Shown here: one piece after another, positions 27,995 through 41,788 of the stretch
Position numbering within the stretch: the stretch's first letter is position 1
Layout of the letters: the number at the start of each line of letters is the position of its first letter
Assembly: GCA_964291675.2 (NCBI GenBank)
Contig: OZ219866.1
Location: 1,408,001-1,472,000 of the forward strand
Source of the DNA: Alphaproteobacteria bacterium
GTDB taxonomy: Bacteria; Pseudomonadota; Alphaproteobacteria; MPNO01
Length of the DNA stretch: 64,000 nucleotides
Direction of reading: 5' to 3'
The notes under the pieces: generated by a model
Databases searched by the model: none
Told to the model about the DNA's origin: nothing
Seen by the model: the letters and a program-made list of their open reading frames with translations, nothing else
Translations under genes and position numbers: made by a program

Positions 27995-28948
27995 CTACTT
28001 GAACAACTCCTCGCCCTTCATGCCCTGGTAGAGATGGGCGACCTGCTCGGCATAGCCGTTATAGAGCAGGGTCGGCACCCGCTTGCCGGTGCCGAGCTGG
28101 CGCTCGGTCGCCTGGCTCCAGCGCGGGTGGTCGACCTCGGGGTTCACATTGGCCCAGAAGCCGTATTCCTGCCCCGCGATCTCCTCCCAGAAGCTCACCG
28201 GGCGCTTGTCGGTGAAGCTGAAGCGGGTGATCGACTTGATCGACTTGAAGCCGTATTTCCACGGCACCGCCAGACGCAGCGGCGCGCCGTTCTGCTTGGC
28301 GATCTCCTTGCCGTAGGCGCCGGTCGCGATGAAGGCGAGCTCGTTGGTCGCCTCCGCCATCGTCAACCCCTCCACATAGGGCCAGGGATACCAGGACTGG
28401 CGTTGCCCGGACGCGACCGAGGTGTCGTGGAAGCCGTGCATCTCCACGTATTTCGCGCCGGCCAAGGGCCGCGCCAGGGCGACCAGCGCCGCCAGCGCAA
28501 AACCGCTCCACGGCACCGCGATCGACCACGCTTCGACGCAGCGGTGGCGGTACAGGCGCTCTTCCAGCGGCAATTTGCGGACCAGCGCGTCGGCGTCGAT
28601 CGTGAAGGGCTTCTCCACCATGCCGTCGACAGTCACCGTCCACGGCCGGGTCTTGAGCTTCTGCGCCGCCTTCCAGATCTGCTTGTGCGAGCCGAATTCG
28701 AAGAAATTGTTGTAGGTGGTGACGATCTTCTCGTCGGTCAGCGGCCGGTCGAGGGTGTAGCGGGGGTTGCGTTTCGCCGGGTAGAGCCCGGTCGCCGCCC
28801 CCGCGGCGCTTGCGAGTCCGAGCCCGGACAGCGCCAGAATCGGGCCGGCGGCGAGCGCCTTCACCAGCTCCCGCCGCTGGCGGAAGCGGTCTTCCGGCGT
28901 GGCCTGCCGCTCCGGCAGCTCCCAGCCGCGCTTGCTCCTGACGATCAT
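27995..28948 (-). CDS. msrP: Periplasmic methionine sulfoxide reductase catalytic subunit
   Basis: Tat RR; YNNFFEFG; RHRCVEAWS; PWKYGFKSIK; YGFWANVNP. Confidence 0.93.
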   Translation of the reverse strand: MIVRSKRGWELPERQATPEDRFRQRRELVKALAAGPILALSGLGLASAAGAATGLYPAKRNPRYTLDRPLTDEKIVTTYNNFFEFGSHKQIWKAAQKLKTRPWTVTVDGMVEKPFTIDADALVRKLPLEERLYRHRCVEAWSIAVPWSGFALAALVALARPLAGAKYVEMHGFHDTSVASGQRQSWYPWPYVEGLTMAEATNELAFIATGAYGKEIAKQNGAPLRLAVPWKYGFKSIKSITRFSFTDKRPVSFWEEIAGQEYGFWANVNPEVDHPRWSQATERQLGTGKRVPTLLYNGYAEQVAHLYQGMKGEELFK

Positions 28949-28970
28949 GGTTCCTCCCCGGCGTCGTCGC

Positions 28971-31001
28971 CTAGTTCGCCTCGTCGGCCTCCTTGCGGGC
29001 CTCGATCACCTGGTCGGCGAGGCGGCCGGTCAGCTCCTGCAGGCGGTCGAAAGACGAGCGATAGGTCGCAACGCCCTGGCTCAGCGAGCGCAGCTCGACG
29101 ATCAGGTCGACGATATCGGAGGACGGGATATTGGCCTCCACCGTGTCCCAGCCCTTCCAGCCTTCCTTGGGCGTGAAGCCGAGGATCTGGCCGCGGCGTC
29201 CGCTGATCAGCCCGTGCACCTTGCTGGTGGCATCCGCCGGCACGTCGATCTCCACCCGCGAGATCGGCTCGAGCAGCACCGGACCGCATTTGGGCATGCC
29301 CTCGGTCATCGCCACCCGGGCGGCCAGCTTGAAGGACATCTCGTTGCTGTCGACCGAGTGGAACTGCCCGTCGGTCAGCCGCACCGCGAAATCGACCACC
29401 GGGAAGCCGAGCGGCCCGCGCGCGGCGAACTCCTTGACGCCCGCCTCGACGGCCGGGATGAACTGCTTGGGGATGGCGCCGCCGACGATCTTGTCGGTGA
29501 ACTCGAACCCCTCGCCGCGCGGTCGGGGCGAGATGTCGACATGGACGTCGCCGAACATGCCGTGACCGCCGGTCTGGCGCTTGAAGCGGCCGTGCTGGGA
29601 GACCGTCTTGCGGATGGTCTCCTTGTAGGGAACGCTCGGCGGGGCGGCCAGCGCGGAGACGTTGTAGCGGCCCTTGAGCTTTTCCAGCGCGACCTGGAGG
29701 TGGATCTCGCCCTGGCCCCACAGCACCATCTCGCGGGTGTCGGGGTTCTGCTCGTAGCTGACCGAGGGGTCCTCCTCGTTGAGGCGCTGCAACGCGCCGG
29801 TGAGCTTCACCTCGTCGTTGCGGTTCTCCGGCGATATGGCGCGGGCATAGACCGGCACGATGGGATCCGGCCAGTCGGCGCCGTCGGCCGGGTCGCCGTC
29901 GTCGCCCAGCAGGTCGCCGGTCCTGACCGAGTCCATGCGCCCGAGAGCGGCGACCGCGCCCGGCCCAGCGTCGGCGATCTTGTTCTGCTGTCCGCCCATC
30001 AGCGACAACAGGCTGCCGACGCGTTGCCCGTTCAGGGTCATGCCCTCCCTGACGGTCCCCGACAGCACCCGGGCGAGCGACAGCTTGCCGGCATGCTGGG
30101 CGTGGTAGGTCTTGAACACCTGCGCGGCGGTCCCGTTGCCGGCCTCCACCCCGAGGCGCTCGATCATGGCATCGAGACCCGGCACCTCGTGGCGCAGCGC
30201 CTTGAACAGCCGCCTGACGCCGTAATCCTGCTCCGCCGAGCCGATCAGCACCGGCACCACATCGGCCGCCCGCACCCCGTCGGTCAGATAGCCGTAGATC
30301 TCCTCGATATCGGGGACCTCGTCCTCGAGCAGCTTCTCCAGCAGCTCGTCGTTGAAATCGGCCAGCGCCTCCAGCATCGACTCCCGCGCCGTCTCGTACT
30401 CGTCGGCCACCGAGTCCGGCGTGTCGATGCGCTCGGAACCGGCGCCGGCGGTGTATTCGTAGGCCCGCCCGCTGATCAGATCGACATAGCCCGATACCGT
30501 CTCGCCCTCGCGGATCGGGATCTGGCGCAGTACCAGCGGCGCCTGCTCCACCGAACGCAGAGCCTCGTATACCGCCGAGACCGGCTCGGTAATGGTGTCG
30601 ATCTTGTTGATGAACACCATGTGCGGGATGCCGCGGTCGGCGAGGAACTTGAACAGCGGCGCGAGAGTCATCGCGCGCTCGGTCGAGGGCTCGTAGACCA
30701 CCACCGCGAGGTCGGCGACCATCAGCGCGTTGAACGCCTCCTGGCGCATCTCGATCGAGCCCGGGCAGTCGAGGAAGCTCCACGGGTCGTCCAGATAGTC
30801 GGTCGAGCCCACCGAGACCTCGACCGACATCTGACGGGCGCGCGCCTCGGGCGCGGAGTCGCCGACCGAGTTGCCTTCCTTGACCGAACCCTTGCGGTGG
30901 ATGCCGCCCGACACCGAGAGCAGGCTCTCCATCAGCGTCGTCTTGCCGCTGAGATAGGGTCCGACTAGTGCCACGCAGCGTGGCCCGGAAGCGCTCGCCA
31001 T
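28971..31001 (-). CDS. Elongation factor G-like protein (EF-G2/FusA2)
   Basis: GPYLSGKTT, DCPGS, NKID, KRQTGGHG, HSVDS; divergent G1 motif. Confidence 0.88.
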   Translation of the reverse strand: MASASGPRCVALVGPYLSGKTTLMESLLSVSGGIHRKGSVKEGNSVGDSAPEARARQMSVEVSVGSTDYLDDPWSFLDCPGSIEMRQEAFNALMVADLAVVVYEPSTERAMTLAPLFKFLADRGIPHMVFINKIDTITEPVSAVYEALRSVEQAPLVLRQIPIREGETVSGYVDLISGRAYEYTAGAGSERIDTPDSVADEYETARESMLEALADFNDELLEKLLEDEVPDIEEIYGYLTDGVRAADVVPVLIGSAEQDYGVRRLFKALRHEVPGLDAMIERLGVEAGNGTAAQVFKTYHAQHAGKLSLARVLSGTVREGMTLNGQRVGSLLSLMGGQQNKIADAGPGAVAALGRMDSVRTGDLLGDDGDPADGADWPDPIVPVYARAISPENRNDEVKLTGALQRLNEEDPSVSYEQNPDTREMVLWGQGEIHLQVALEKLKGRYNVSALAAPPSVPYKETIRKTVSQHGRFKRQTGGHGMFGDVHVDISPRPRGEGFEFTDKIVGGAIPKQFIPAVEAGVKEFAARGPLGFPVVDFAVRLTDGQFHSVDSNEMSFKLAARVAMTEGMPKCGPVLLEPISRVEIDVPADATSKVHGLISGRRGQILGFTPKEGWKGWDTVEANIPSSDIVDLIVELRSLSQGVATYRSSFDRLQELTGRLADQVIEARKEADEAN

Positions 31002-31130
31002 AATCCTCTCCCCTGGCCGAGATGCGTTCTCGGACTTTGTCCGCGCCGCCGCACGGTCGCCCCGTTCATCCTCGAACGCCGTAATGTTTCAGCGCGGCCC
31101 CGGCGAATCAAGACCCTCCCCGGCGCCGGG

Positions 31131-32369
<1,239 letters not shown>

Positions 32370-32424
32370 CTAGGACTGCCCGGACTCCTGTTCAACCCGC
32401 CCGCGCGGCGCCTATATTCGGACC

Positions 32425-34542
<2,118 letters not shown>

Positions 34543-34651
34543 TCGGCGGTCTGGAAGCCGGAGCCGCCGGTCCCCATATCGTTTCCTGCCGGCCGCCGCC
34601 TCCCCGCCGTGGCGGACGCCCTTCCCGACACTACCGCGCGATGCCCGATCG

Positions 34652-35632
34652 ATGACCTTCCTGTCCCTTGCCGTGGGCTTCGTTCTCCTCTTCTTCGGGG
34701 GCGAGATGGTGGTTCGCGGGGCGGTCGCGCTCGCCCGGCGTTTCGAGGTCTCGCCCCTGGTGATCGGCCTGACCATCGTCGGCTTCGGCACCTCGCTGCC
34801 CGAGCTGCTGGTCAGCCTCAACGCCGCGCTGAGCGGCGCGCCCGGCATCGCGGTCGGCAACGTGATCGGCAGCAACCTCGCCAACATGATGCTGATCCTC
34901 GGTGTCGCCGCGCTGATCTGCCCCATCGCGGTCAATCCGAACGCCGTGCGCCGCGACGGCCTGGTCATGGCGGCGGTCACGGGGATCTTCATCGTCGTCG
35001 CTCTCGGCGGCTCGGCGGAGCGCTACGAAGGCGCGCTGATGCTCGCGGCGCTCGCGGGCTATATCGGGCTGTCGCTGTGGCACGATGCCAGGCTCAACGG
35101 CGGATCGGCGCAGCTCCACCGCGAAGAAGCGGAATCGGTGACCGGGCTGCCCGGGCAGCTCTGGCTGATGGCCCTCTGCATCATCGGCGGCTTCGCGGCC
35201 GTCGGATACGGTGCGGACCTCCTGGTCGAGGGGGCGACCGCGCTGGCCCGCGCCGCCGGGGTGCCGGACGAGGTGATCGGCTTGACCCTCGTCGCGGTCG
35301 GCACCTCGCTGCCGGAGCTTGCCACCGCGATCGTCGCCGCCTATCGCGGCCATGCCGATGTCTGCATCGGCAACGTGATCGGCAGCAACATCTTCAACCT
35401 GTTCGGGATCCTCGGCGTTACCGCGCTCGCCGTGCCGGTGCCGTTCGCCGACAAGATCGTCGATTTCGACCTCTGGGTGCTTGCCGGGGTGACGCTTCTG
35501 CTGCTGCCGCTCCTGTTTACCGGGTGGCGGCTGGCGAGGCTCGAGGCGGCGTTGCTGCTCGCGCTCTACGGCGCCTATGTCGCCTGCCAGTTCTGGGGGA
35601 TGAGCGGGACCTATCCCGGCTTGGGCGCTTGA
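34652..35632 (+). CDS. Calcium/sodium antiporter (YrbG family)
   Basis: Two GTSLPE..GNVIGSN repeats. Confidence 0.92.
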   Translation: MTFLSLAVGFVLLFFGGEMVVRGAVALARRFEVSPLVIGLTIVGFGTSLPELLVSLNAALSGAPGIAVGNVIGSNLANMMLILGVAALICPIAVNPNAVRRDGLVMAAVTGIFIVVALGGSAERYEGALMLAALAGYIGLSLWHDARLNGGSAQLHREEAESVTGLPGQLWLMALCIIGGFAAVGYGADLLVEGATALARAAGVPDEVIGLTLVAVGTSLPELATAIVAAYRGHADVCIGNVIGSNIFNLFGILGVTALAVPVPFADKIVDFDLWVLAGVTLLLLPLLFTGWRLARLEAALLLALYGAYVACQFWGMSGTYPGLGA

Positions 35633-35663
35633 TCCGGCGACGCGGAGGCGCGATCTTGCAGCC

Positions 35664-36437
35664 ATGTCGGAGACGGAATCGGGCGCCGCGCTGGTCACCG
35701 GCGCGGCGCGGCGGATCGGCCGGGCGATCGCCGAGAGCCTGGCGCGGCGCGGCCACGCGGTCGCCATCCACTACCGCGCCTCGGCCGAGGATGCGGCCCG
35801 CGCGGTGGACGCGATCGAGGGCGCCGGCGGCCGGGCGGTCGCGCTCGCCGCCGATCTCGCCGACGAGCCGGAGACCGGGACGCTGATCGCCCGCGCGGAG
35901 GCGGCGCTCGGCCCGGTGACGGTGCTGGTCAACAACGCCTCGGTGTTCGAGCGCGACAGCGTGGCCACCGCCAGCCGGGAGAGCTGGGACCGGCATATGG
36001 AGACCAATCTGCGCGCCCCCTTCGTGCTGATGCAGGCGATGGCGGCGGCGCTGCCCGCCGAGCGCACCGGCAATATCGTCAACATTCTCGACGAGAGGGT
36101 GTGGAACCTGACCCCGCATTTCGTCTCCTACACCCTGGCCAAGGCCGGTCTGTGGACGCTGACCCGGACCATGGCGCTGGCCTTGGCGCCGCGCATCCGG
36201 GTCAACGGCGTCGGTCCCGGACCGACCCTGCCCAGCCCGCGGCAGAGCCCGGAGCAGTTCGACCGCCAGGCGGGGATGATGCCGCTCGGCCGCGGGACCT
36301 CGCCGGCGGAGGTGGCCGGGGCGGTCGAATTCATCCTCCGCGCGCCGGCGATGACCGGCCAGATGATCGCGCTCGACGGCGGGCAGCATCTCGGATGGGC
36401 CCAGCCGCCGAGAGGAACGGAGCCGGTGTCCGAATGA
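35664..36437 (+). CDS. SDR, pteridine reductase/FolM-like
   Basis: TGAARRIG, NNAS, YTLAK; coupled to folB. Confidence 0.85.
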   Translation: MSETESGAALVTGAARRIGRAIAESLARRGHAVAIHYRASAEDAARAVDAIEGAGGRAVALAADLADEPETGTLIARAEAALGPVTVLVNNASVFERDSVATASRESWDRHMETNLRAPFVLMQAMAAALPAERTGNIVNILDERVWNLTPHFVSYTLAKAGLWTLTRTMALALAPRIRVNGVGPGPTLPSPRQSPEQFDRQAGMMPLGRGTSPAEVAGAVEFILRAPAMTGQMIALDGGQHLGWAQPPRGTEPVSE

Positions 36438-36859
36438 AGATCCTGCACCCGCCGCGCCCCGGCGCGGTCGCTTCCAACGCAGCCGGTGCGCCGGCGCCGA
36501 CGCGCCGCATGTTCGTCCGCGACCTGGTGCTCGACTGCCTGATCGGCGTCCACCGCTACGAGCGCGACGGCCGCCAGCGGGTGCGCATCAACCTCACGCT
36601 CGACGTGCTGGAGACCGGCCCCTCCGAGCGCGATCGCCTGTCGGATGTCGTCAATTACGACACGCTGGTGGCGCGGATCCGCGCGCTGGCCGGGGCCGGG
36701 CACGTCAACCTCGTCGAGACTTTCGCCGAACGGATCGCCGCCATCTGCCTCGACGACCGCCGTATCCGGCGTGCTGCGGTCAGGGTCGAGAAGCTCGACG
36801 TGTTCGAAGACGCCGAGAGCGTCGGCGTCGAAATCGAAAGGGAAAACAGCGTCCTGTGA
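36434..36859 (+). CDS. folB: Dihydroneopterin aldolase
   Basis: IGVHRYE..Q, VVNYD, NLVET, VEK..VGVEIER. Confidence 0.88.
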   Translation: MKILHPPRPGAVASNAAGAPAPTRRMFVRDLVLDCLIGVHRYERDGRQRVRINLTLDVLETGPSERDRLSDVVNYDTLVARIRALAGAGHVNLVETFAERIAAICLDDRRIRRAAVRVEKLDVFEDAESVGVEIERENSVL

Positions 36860-36899
36860 CGCCACGTATAGCGTTCCGTGATCGCCATGAAGCCAGTCC

Positions 36900-37145
36900 A
36901 ACGGTTTTTTTCACAGCCCCGGCGTGCGCGTCGAGACCGGCTACAATTCCGGCGACTTTTGTGGCCTGTAATGTTTTTTTAGTGCTTGACTTTTGATTTT
37001 CTATTATAAATCAATGACTTGAAGAATCTGCCTATTTTTTGGGCAAAATGGGGAAGCGCCTTGATTTTGTTGACTGACTCCCCCCGCACGGCGTTTTGTC
37101 AACAAAGTTTTCCACAGCTTCCGTGGACATTCGTGCGGCATTTCG
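36900..37145. promoter_or_regulatory. AT-rich element with DnaA boxes, an IHF site and a Fis/NtrC-like palindrome (DARS-like)
   Basis: TTTTCCACA 37108-37116, N5, CGTGGACAT 37122-37130; TTTTTCACA 36907-36915; AATCAATGACTTG 37009-37021; TGCCTATTTTTTGGGCA 37029-37045. Confidence 0.6.
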
Positions 37146-37199
37146 ACGCATCCGTGCGGCGCCGGGGATCCGCGCCCCGGGGCCGGGGCTAGGCGGACG

Positions 37200-39125
37200 A
37201 TGGCCGCACCGGCGGGCGGACCCGATGCGCGGCGGCGCGCGGCGGGCGACGGTCCGCTCGAAATCCGCTGGGCCGAGACGCTCGCCCGGGGGGTCGAGGC
37301 GATTGCCGCCGAGGTCCGGGTTCTGCCCGCGCGGCCGGGCATCTACCGGATGCTCGACGCGGGCGGCGCGGCGCTCTACGTGGGCAAGGCGAAGAACCTG
37401 CGCAAGCGGGTGAGCGCCTATACCAGGCCCGGCCGCCTGCCGCCGAGGCTGCACCGGATGATCGCCGAGACCCAGTCCCTCGAGGCGATCACCACCCATA
37501 CCGAGGCCGAGGCGCTGCTGCTCGAGGCCAACCTGATCAAGGAGCACAAGCCGCGCTACAACATCCTGATGCGGGACGACAAGTCGTTCCCCTATATCCT
37601 GCTGACCGCCGACCACGACTGGCCGCAGCTGCTCAAGCACCGCGGCGCGCGGAGCCGCAAGGGGGAGTATTTCGGACCCTTCGCCTCCGCCGGGGCGGTC
37701 AACCGCACGCTGCTCACCTTGCAGAAGGTGTTTCCGCTGCGCTCCTGTTCGGATGCCGTGTTCGCCTCGCGCACGCGGCCCTGCCTGCAATACCAGATCA
37801 AGCGCTGCTCGGGACCCTGCGTCGGCCGCATCGGGGCGGAGGCCTATGACGAGATCGTCGCCCAGGCGCGCGAATTCCTGAGCGGGCGGAGCCACGGCTT
37901 GCAGCAGCGGCTGTCGCGGCAGATGGAGACGGCGAGCCAGGCCCTCGAATACGAGACCGCGGCGGTCTATCGCGACCGCATCCGTGCGCTGTCGGAAGTC
38001 CAGGCACGCCAGGACATCAACGTGCGCTCGCTGGGGACGGCGGACGTCTTCGCCCTCGCCCAGACCGCCGGGCAGAGCTGCATCCAGGTCTTCTTCTACC
38101 GCGCCGGACAGAATTTCGGCAGCCGGACCTATTTCCCCGCCCAGGCCAGGGACGAACCGCCCGACCGCGTGCTCGGCGCCTTTCTCGGCCAGTTCTACAC
38201 CGACAAGACGCCGCCCCCGCTGGTCCTCGCCAGCCACCGCCCGCAAGGGGTCGACCTGCTGGCCGAGGCGCTGTCGATCGCCGCCCGGCGCCGCGTGCGC
38301 GTCGCGACGCCCGAGCGGGGCGGGCGCCGCAAGCTGATGGATCAGGCGGTGGAGAACGCCCGCGATTCGCTCGGCCGGCGGCTCGCCGGGAGCGCCGCCC
38401 AGCGCCGCCTGCTCGATCGCGTGGCCGAGCTGTTTGCGCTCGACGGGGCGCCGCGCCGGATCGAGGTGTTCGACAACAGCCACATCTCCGGCACCGACGC
38501 GCTCGGCGCGATGGTCGTCGCCGGGCCGGAAGGCTTCGAGAAGGCCGCCTATCGCAAGTTCAACATCCGCTCGACCGACATCGCGCCGGGCGACGACTAC
38601 GCGATGATGCGCGAGGTGCTGCAACGCCGCTACGCCCGCGCGCTCCGCGAGGATCCGGGCCGGGAGGGCGGCGCGTGGCCCGATCTCGCGATCGTCGACG
38701 GCGGGCCGGGCCAGCTTTCGGCGGCGGGCGAGGTGCTGGCCGATCTCGGCATCGAGGACCTGCCGCTGGTCTGCATCGCCAAGGGTCCGGATCGCCGCGC
38801 CGGGCGGGAGCGCTTCTACCTGGCCGGGCGCCGGCCCTTCACCCTGCCGCCGGACGATCCGGTGCTCTATTTCATGCAGCGCCTGCGCGACGAGGCGCAC
38901 CGCTTCGCCATCGGCTCGCACCGGGCGCGCCGGTCGCGGGCGATCCGGCGGTCGCCGCTCGACGACATCGACGGCATCGGCGCCAGGCGCAAGCGCTCGC
39001 TGCTCAACCATTTCGGCTCGGCCGCCGCCGTGGCGCGGGCGGGGCTCGCCGACCTTGAGACGGTAGAGGGGATCAGCAAGACCGTCGCGAGGCGGGTCTA
39101 CGATCACTTTCACGGCGAGCCCTGA
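37200..39125 (+). CDS. uvrC: Excinuclease ABC subunit C
   Basis: [30 protein letters not shown], HhH. Confidence 0.96.
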   Translation: MAAPAGGPDARRRAAGDGPLEIRWAETLARGVEAIAAEVRVLPARPGIYRMLDAGGAALYVGKAKNLRKRVSAYTRPGRLPPRLHRMIAETQSLEAITTHTEAEALLLEANLIKEHKPRYNILMRDDKSFPYILLTADHDWPQLLKHRGARSRKGEYFGPFASAGAVNRTLLTLQKVFPLRSCSDAVFASRTRPCLQYQIKRCSGPCVGRIGAEAYDEIVAQAREFLSGRSHGLQQRLSRQMETASQALEYETAAVYRDRIRALSEVQARQDINVRSLGTADVFALAQTAGQSCIQVFFYRAGQNFGSRTYFPAQARDEPPDRVLGAFLGQFYTDKTPPPLVLASHRPQGVDLLAEALSIAARRRVRVATPERGGRRKLMDQAVENARDSLGRRLAGSAAQRRLLDRVAELFALDGAPRRIEVFDNSHISGTDALGAMVVAGPEGFEKAAYRKFNIRSTDIAPGDDYAMMREVLQRRYARALREDPGREGGAWPDLAIVDGGPGQLSAAGEVLADLGIEDLPLVCIAKGPDRRAGRERFYLAGRRPFTLPPDDPVLYFMQRLRDEAHRFAIGSHRARRSRAIRRSPLDDIDGIGARRKRSLLNHFGSAAAVARAGLADLETVEGISKTVARRVYDHFHGEP

Positions 39126-39132
39126 CCGGCCG

Positions 39133-39750
39133 ATGATCAACATCCCCAACCTGCTGACGCTGTTCCGCATCGCCCTGATCCCGGTGCTGGTGGCGTCGTT
39201 CTATGTCGGCGGGGATGCCGGGAGCCGACTCGCCTTCGCCGTCTTCGTGCTCGCCGGCGTCACCGATTTTCTCGACGGCTATATCGCGCGGCGGCTCGAC
39301 CAGCGCTCGGCGCTCGGCCGTTTCCTCGACCCCGTCGCCGACAAGCTGGTGGTCGCCGCGGCGCTGCTGATGATGGTCGGGTTCGGCCAGATCGGCGGCC
39401 TCTCGGTGCTGCCGGCGCTGGTCATCCTGTGCCGCGAGATCCTGGTCTCGGGCCTGCGCGAGTATCTCGCCGGGATCGACGTCTCCATGCCGGTCAGCCG
39501 GCTTGCCAAATGGAAGACCGCGATCCAGATGACCGCCATAGCGATCCTGCTGCTCGGCGGGGCGGGGCCGTGGAACGTTCCCTGGACGGCGATCGGCGAG
39601 GTCGGGCTGTGGGCGGCGGCGGTGCTGACACTGGTCACCGGATACGACTATCTTCGCTCCGGGCTGCGCCACATCGCCGGCGAGGATGCCGGGAAGGGCG
39701 GTATCGAAACGGCGGGTGCGCCCGAGAGCGGGGCGGAAGAGCAGGGCTGA
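39133..39750 (+). CDS. pgsA: CDP-diacylglycerol--glycerol-3-phosphate 3-phosphatidyltransferase
   Basis: PNLLTLFR, DFLDGYIAR..GRFLDPVADK. Confidence 0.95.
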   Translation: MINIPNLLTLFRIALIPVLVASFYVGGDAGSRLAFAVFVLAGVTDFLDGYIARRLDQRSALGRFLDPVADKLVVAAALLMMVGFGQIGGLSVLPALVILCREILVSGLREYLAGIDVSMPVSRLAKWKTAIQMTAIAILLLGGAGPWNVPWTAIGEVGLWAAAVLTLVTGYDYLRSGLRHIAGEDAGKGGIETAGAPESGAEEQG

Positions 39751-39751
39751 G

Positions 39752-40279
39752 ATGACGCACGGTGCAGTGCTCGGGATCGTCGGCTGGAGCGGCAGCGGCA
39801 AGACGTCGCTGGTCCGCCGCCTGCTGCACGAGCTCGTCGGGCGCGGCATCTCGGTCTCCACCATCAAGCACGCCCATGCCGGGTTCGACATCGACACCCC
39901 CGGCAAGGACTCGCATGTCCACCGCGAGGCCGGCGCCCGCGAGGTGGTGGTGTCCTCGGTCACCCGCTTCGCCCTGATCCACGAGAACCGCGACGAGCCG
40001 GAGCCCCGGATCGACGGGTTGCTGGCCCGCATGGCGCCGGTCGACCTGGTGTTGATCGAGGGCTTCAAGAGCGAGCCGCATGACAAGCTCGAAGTCCACC
40101 GCCCGGCGGTCGGCAAGCCGGCGCTCTACCCGGGCGACTCCGACGTGGTTGCGCTCGCCACCGACGCCGAGGCGGATGACGCCGCCATCCCGGTGCTCGA
40201 CCTCAACGACACCGCGGCGATCGCCGATTTCATCGTCGCCCATTGCGGGCTGCGGACCGCCGCCAGGGGGGCGGCCTGA
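39752..40279 (+). CDS. mobB: Molybdopterin-guanine dinucleotide biosynthesis protein B
   Basis: GWSGSGKT, IKHAH, PGKDS, EGFK. Confidence 0.93.
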   Translation: MTHGAVLGIVGWSGSGKTSLVRRLLHELVGRGISVSTIKHAHAGFDIDTPGKDSHVHREAGAREVVVSSVTRFALIHENRDEPEPRIDGLLARMAPVDLVLIEGFKSEPHDKLEVHRPAVGKPALYPGDSDVVALATDAEADDAAIPVLDLNDTAAIADFIVAHCGLRTAARGAA

Positions 40280-40281
40280 CC

Positions 40282-41535
40282 ATGGCCCAGCTTTCCGACG
40301 ACTGCTTCGCCTTCGGCGGCACGCTGATGACCGCCGGCGAGGCGCTGGCGCTGCTCGGCGAACGGCTCGACGTCGTGGTCGGGAGCGAGACCGTGCCGCT
40401 CAGGGCGGCGCGCGGGCGGATCCTCGCCGCCGACCTGACCGCCACCTTCCCGGTGCCGCCGCACGACAACGCCGCCGTCGACGGCTACGCGGTCTATTTC
40501 GACGATCTCGACGGCGGCGGCGAAACCCGGCTTCGGGTGGGCGCGCGGATCGCCGCCGGGCACAGCGTCGACCGTCCGGCGCCGCGCGGCGAGGCGGTGC
40601 GCATCTTCACCGGCGCGCCGATGCCGCCCGGCCCCGACACCGTGCTGATGCAGGAGGATTGCGCCCGGGACGGCGACCGCGTGGTCATCCCGCCCGGGAT
40701 CAAGCGCGGCGCCAACCGGCGCCGTGCCGGCGAGGACATCGAGGCGGGCGCGGTGGTGCTGACGCGGGGGCGGCGGCTGCGCGCCCAGGATGTCGGGCTC
40801 GCCGCCTCGATCGGCCGCGCGGCGCTAGAGGTCTACGCGCCGCTCAGCGTCGCCCTGTTCTCCACCGGCGACGAGATCCGCGAGGTGACCGACGCGCTGC
40901 CGCCCGGCTGCGTCTACGACGCCAACCGCTACGCCCTGGCCGGGCTGCTCGACGGGCTCGGCTGCGAGGTCGACGATCTCGGTATATTGCAGGACGACGA
41001 GCGGGCGGTGCGCGAGGCGCTCGCCGGGGCGGCCGGCGGGCACGATTTGATCATGACCTCGGGCGGGGTCTCGACCGGCGAGGAGGACCACGTGCGCGCC
41101 GCCGTCGAGGCGCTCGGCGCGATCCATTTCTGGCGCCTCGCGATCCGCCCCGGCCGGCCGCTGGCGCTGGGCCAGGTCGGCCGGGTGCCGTTCATCGGGC
41201 TCCCCGGCAACCCGGTCGCGGTGATGGTGACCTTCATGCGCTTCGCCCGTCCGGCGATCCTAAAGCTCTCCGGGGCGGTCGATGCGGCGCCGAAGACCTT
41301 TCCGGTGCGGGCCGGCTTCGCCTACCGCAAGAAGGTCTCGCGCCGCGAGTGGCTGCGGGTGATCCTGCACACCGGCGAGGACGGCATGCCCTATGTCACC
41401 AAGTTTCCGCGCGACGGCGCGGGCATCCTGTCCTCGATGGTCGGCGCCGACGGGCTGCTCGAGCTGCCCGAGGAGCTCGCCGCCGTCGAGGAGGGGACGA
41501 TGGTCGATTTCCTGCCGTTCAGCGAGGTGAGCTGA
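40282..41535 (+). CDS. moeA: Molybdopterin molybdotransferase
   Basis: AVDGYA, IFTGA, STGDE, TSGGVS, GLPGNP. Confidence 0.95.
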   Translation: MAQLSDDCFAFGGTLMTAGEALALLGERLDVVVGSETVPLRAARGRILAADLTATFPVPPHDNAAVDGYAVYFDDLDGGGETRLRVGARIAAGHSVDRPAPRGEAVRIFTGAPMPPGPDTVLMQEDCARDGDRVVIPPGIKRGANRRRAGEDIEAGAVVLTRGRRLRAQDVGLAASIGRAALEVYAPLSVALFSTGDEIREVTDALPPGCVYDANRYALAGLLDGLGCEVDDLGILQDDERAVREALAGAAGGHDLIMTSGGVSTGEEDHVRAAVEALGAIHFWRLAIRPGRPLALGQVGRVPFIGLPGNPVAVMVTFMRFARPAILKLSGAVDAAPKTFPVRAGFAYRKKVSRREWLRVILHTGEDGMPYVTKFPRDGAGILSSMVGADGLLELPEELAAVEEGTMVDFLPFSEVS

Positions 41536-41786
41536 TGCAAATGCTCTATTTCGGTTGGGTGCGACAGCGCATCGGCGTGCCGGCCGAGACCGTAGCGCCG
41601 CCCGCCGGGGTCACCGATGTCGAGACGCTGATCGACTGGCTGAGCGGCCGCAACGACGCCTATGCCGAGGCGCTCCGGAACCGCGAGGCGCTGCGCGTCG
41701 CGGTCAACCAGGAGCTCTGCGAGTTCGACAGCAAGGTGGGCGCCGACGACGAGGTGGCGCTGTTCCCGCCGATGACCGGGGGCTGA
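41535..41786 (+). CDS. moaD: Molybdopterin synthase sulfur carrier subunit
   Basis: LYFGWVR..AVNQ..DEVALFPPMTGG. Confidence 0.93.
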   Translation: MQMLYFGWVRQRIGVPAETVAPPAGVTDVETLIDWLSGRNDAYAEALRNREALRVAVNQELCEFDSKVGADDEVALFPPMTGG

Positions 41787-41788
41787 CG

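Noticed and set aside
28971-31001. Canonical fusA or a tetracycline ribosomal protection protein
   Set aside because: Not in the str operon and the G1 motif is divergent; fits the known EF-G-like paralog family
36900-37145. Chromosomal oriC
   Set aside because: Few DnaA boxes and no dnaA/hemE/parAB context; cannot be fully excluded without GC skew
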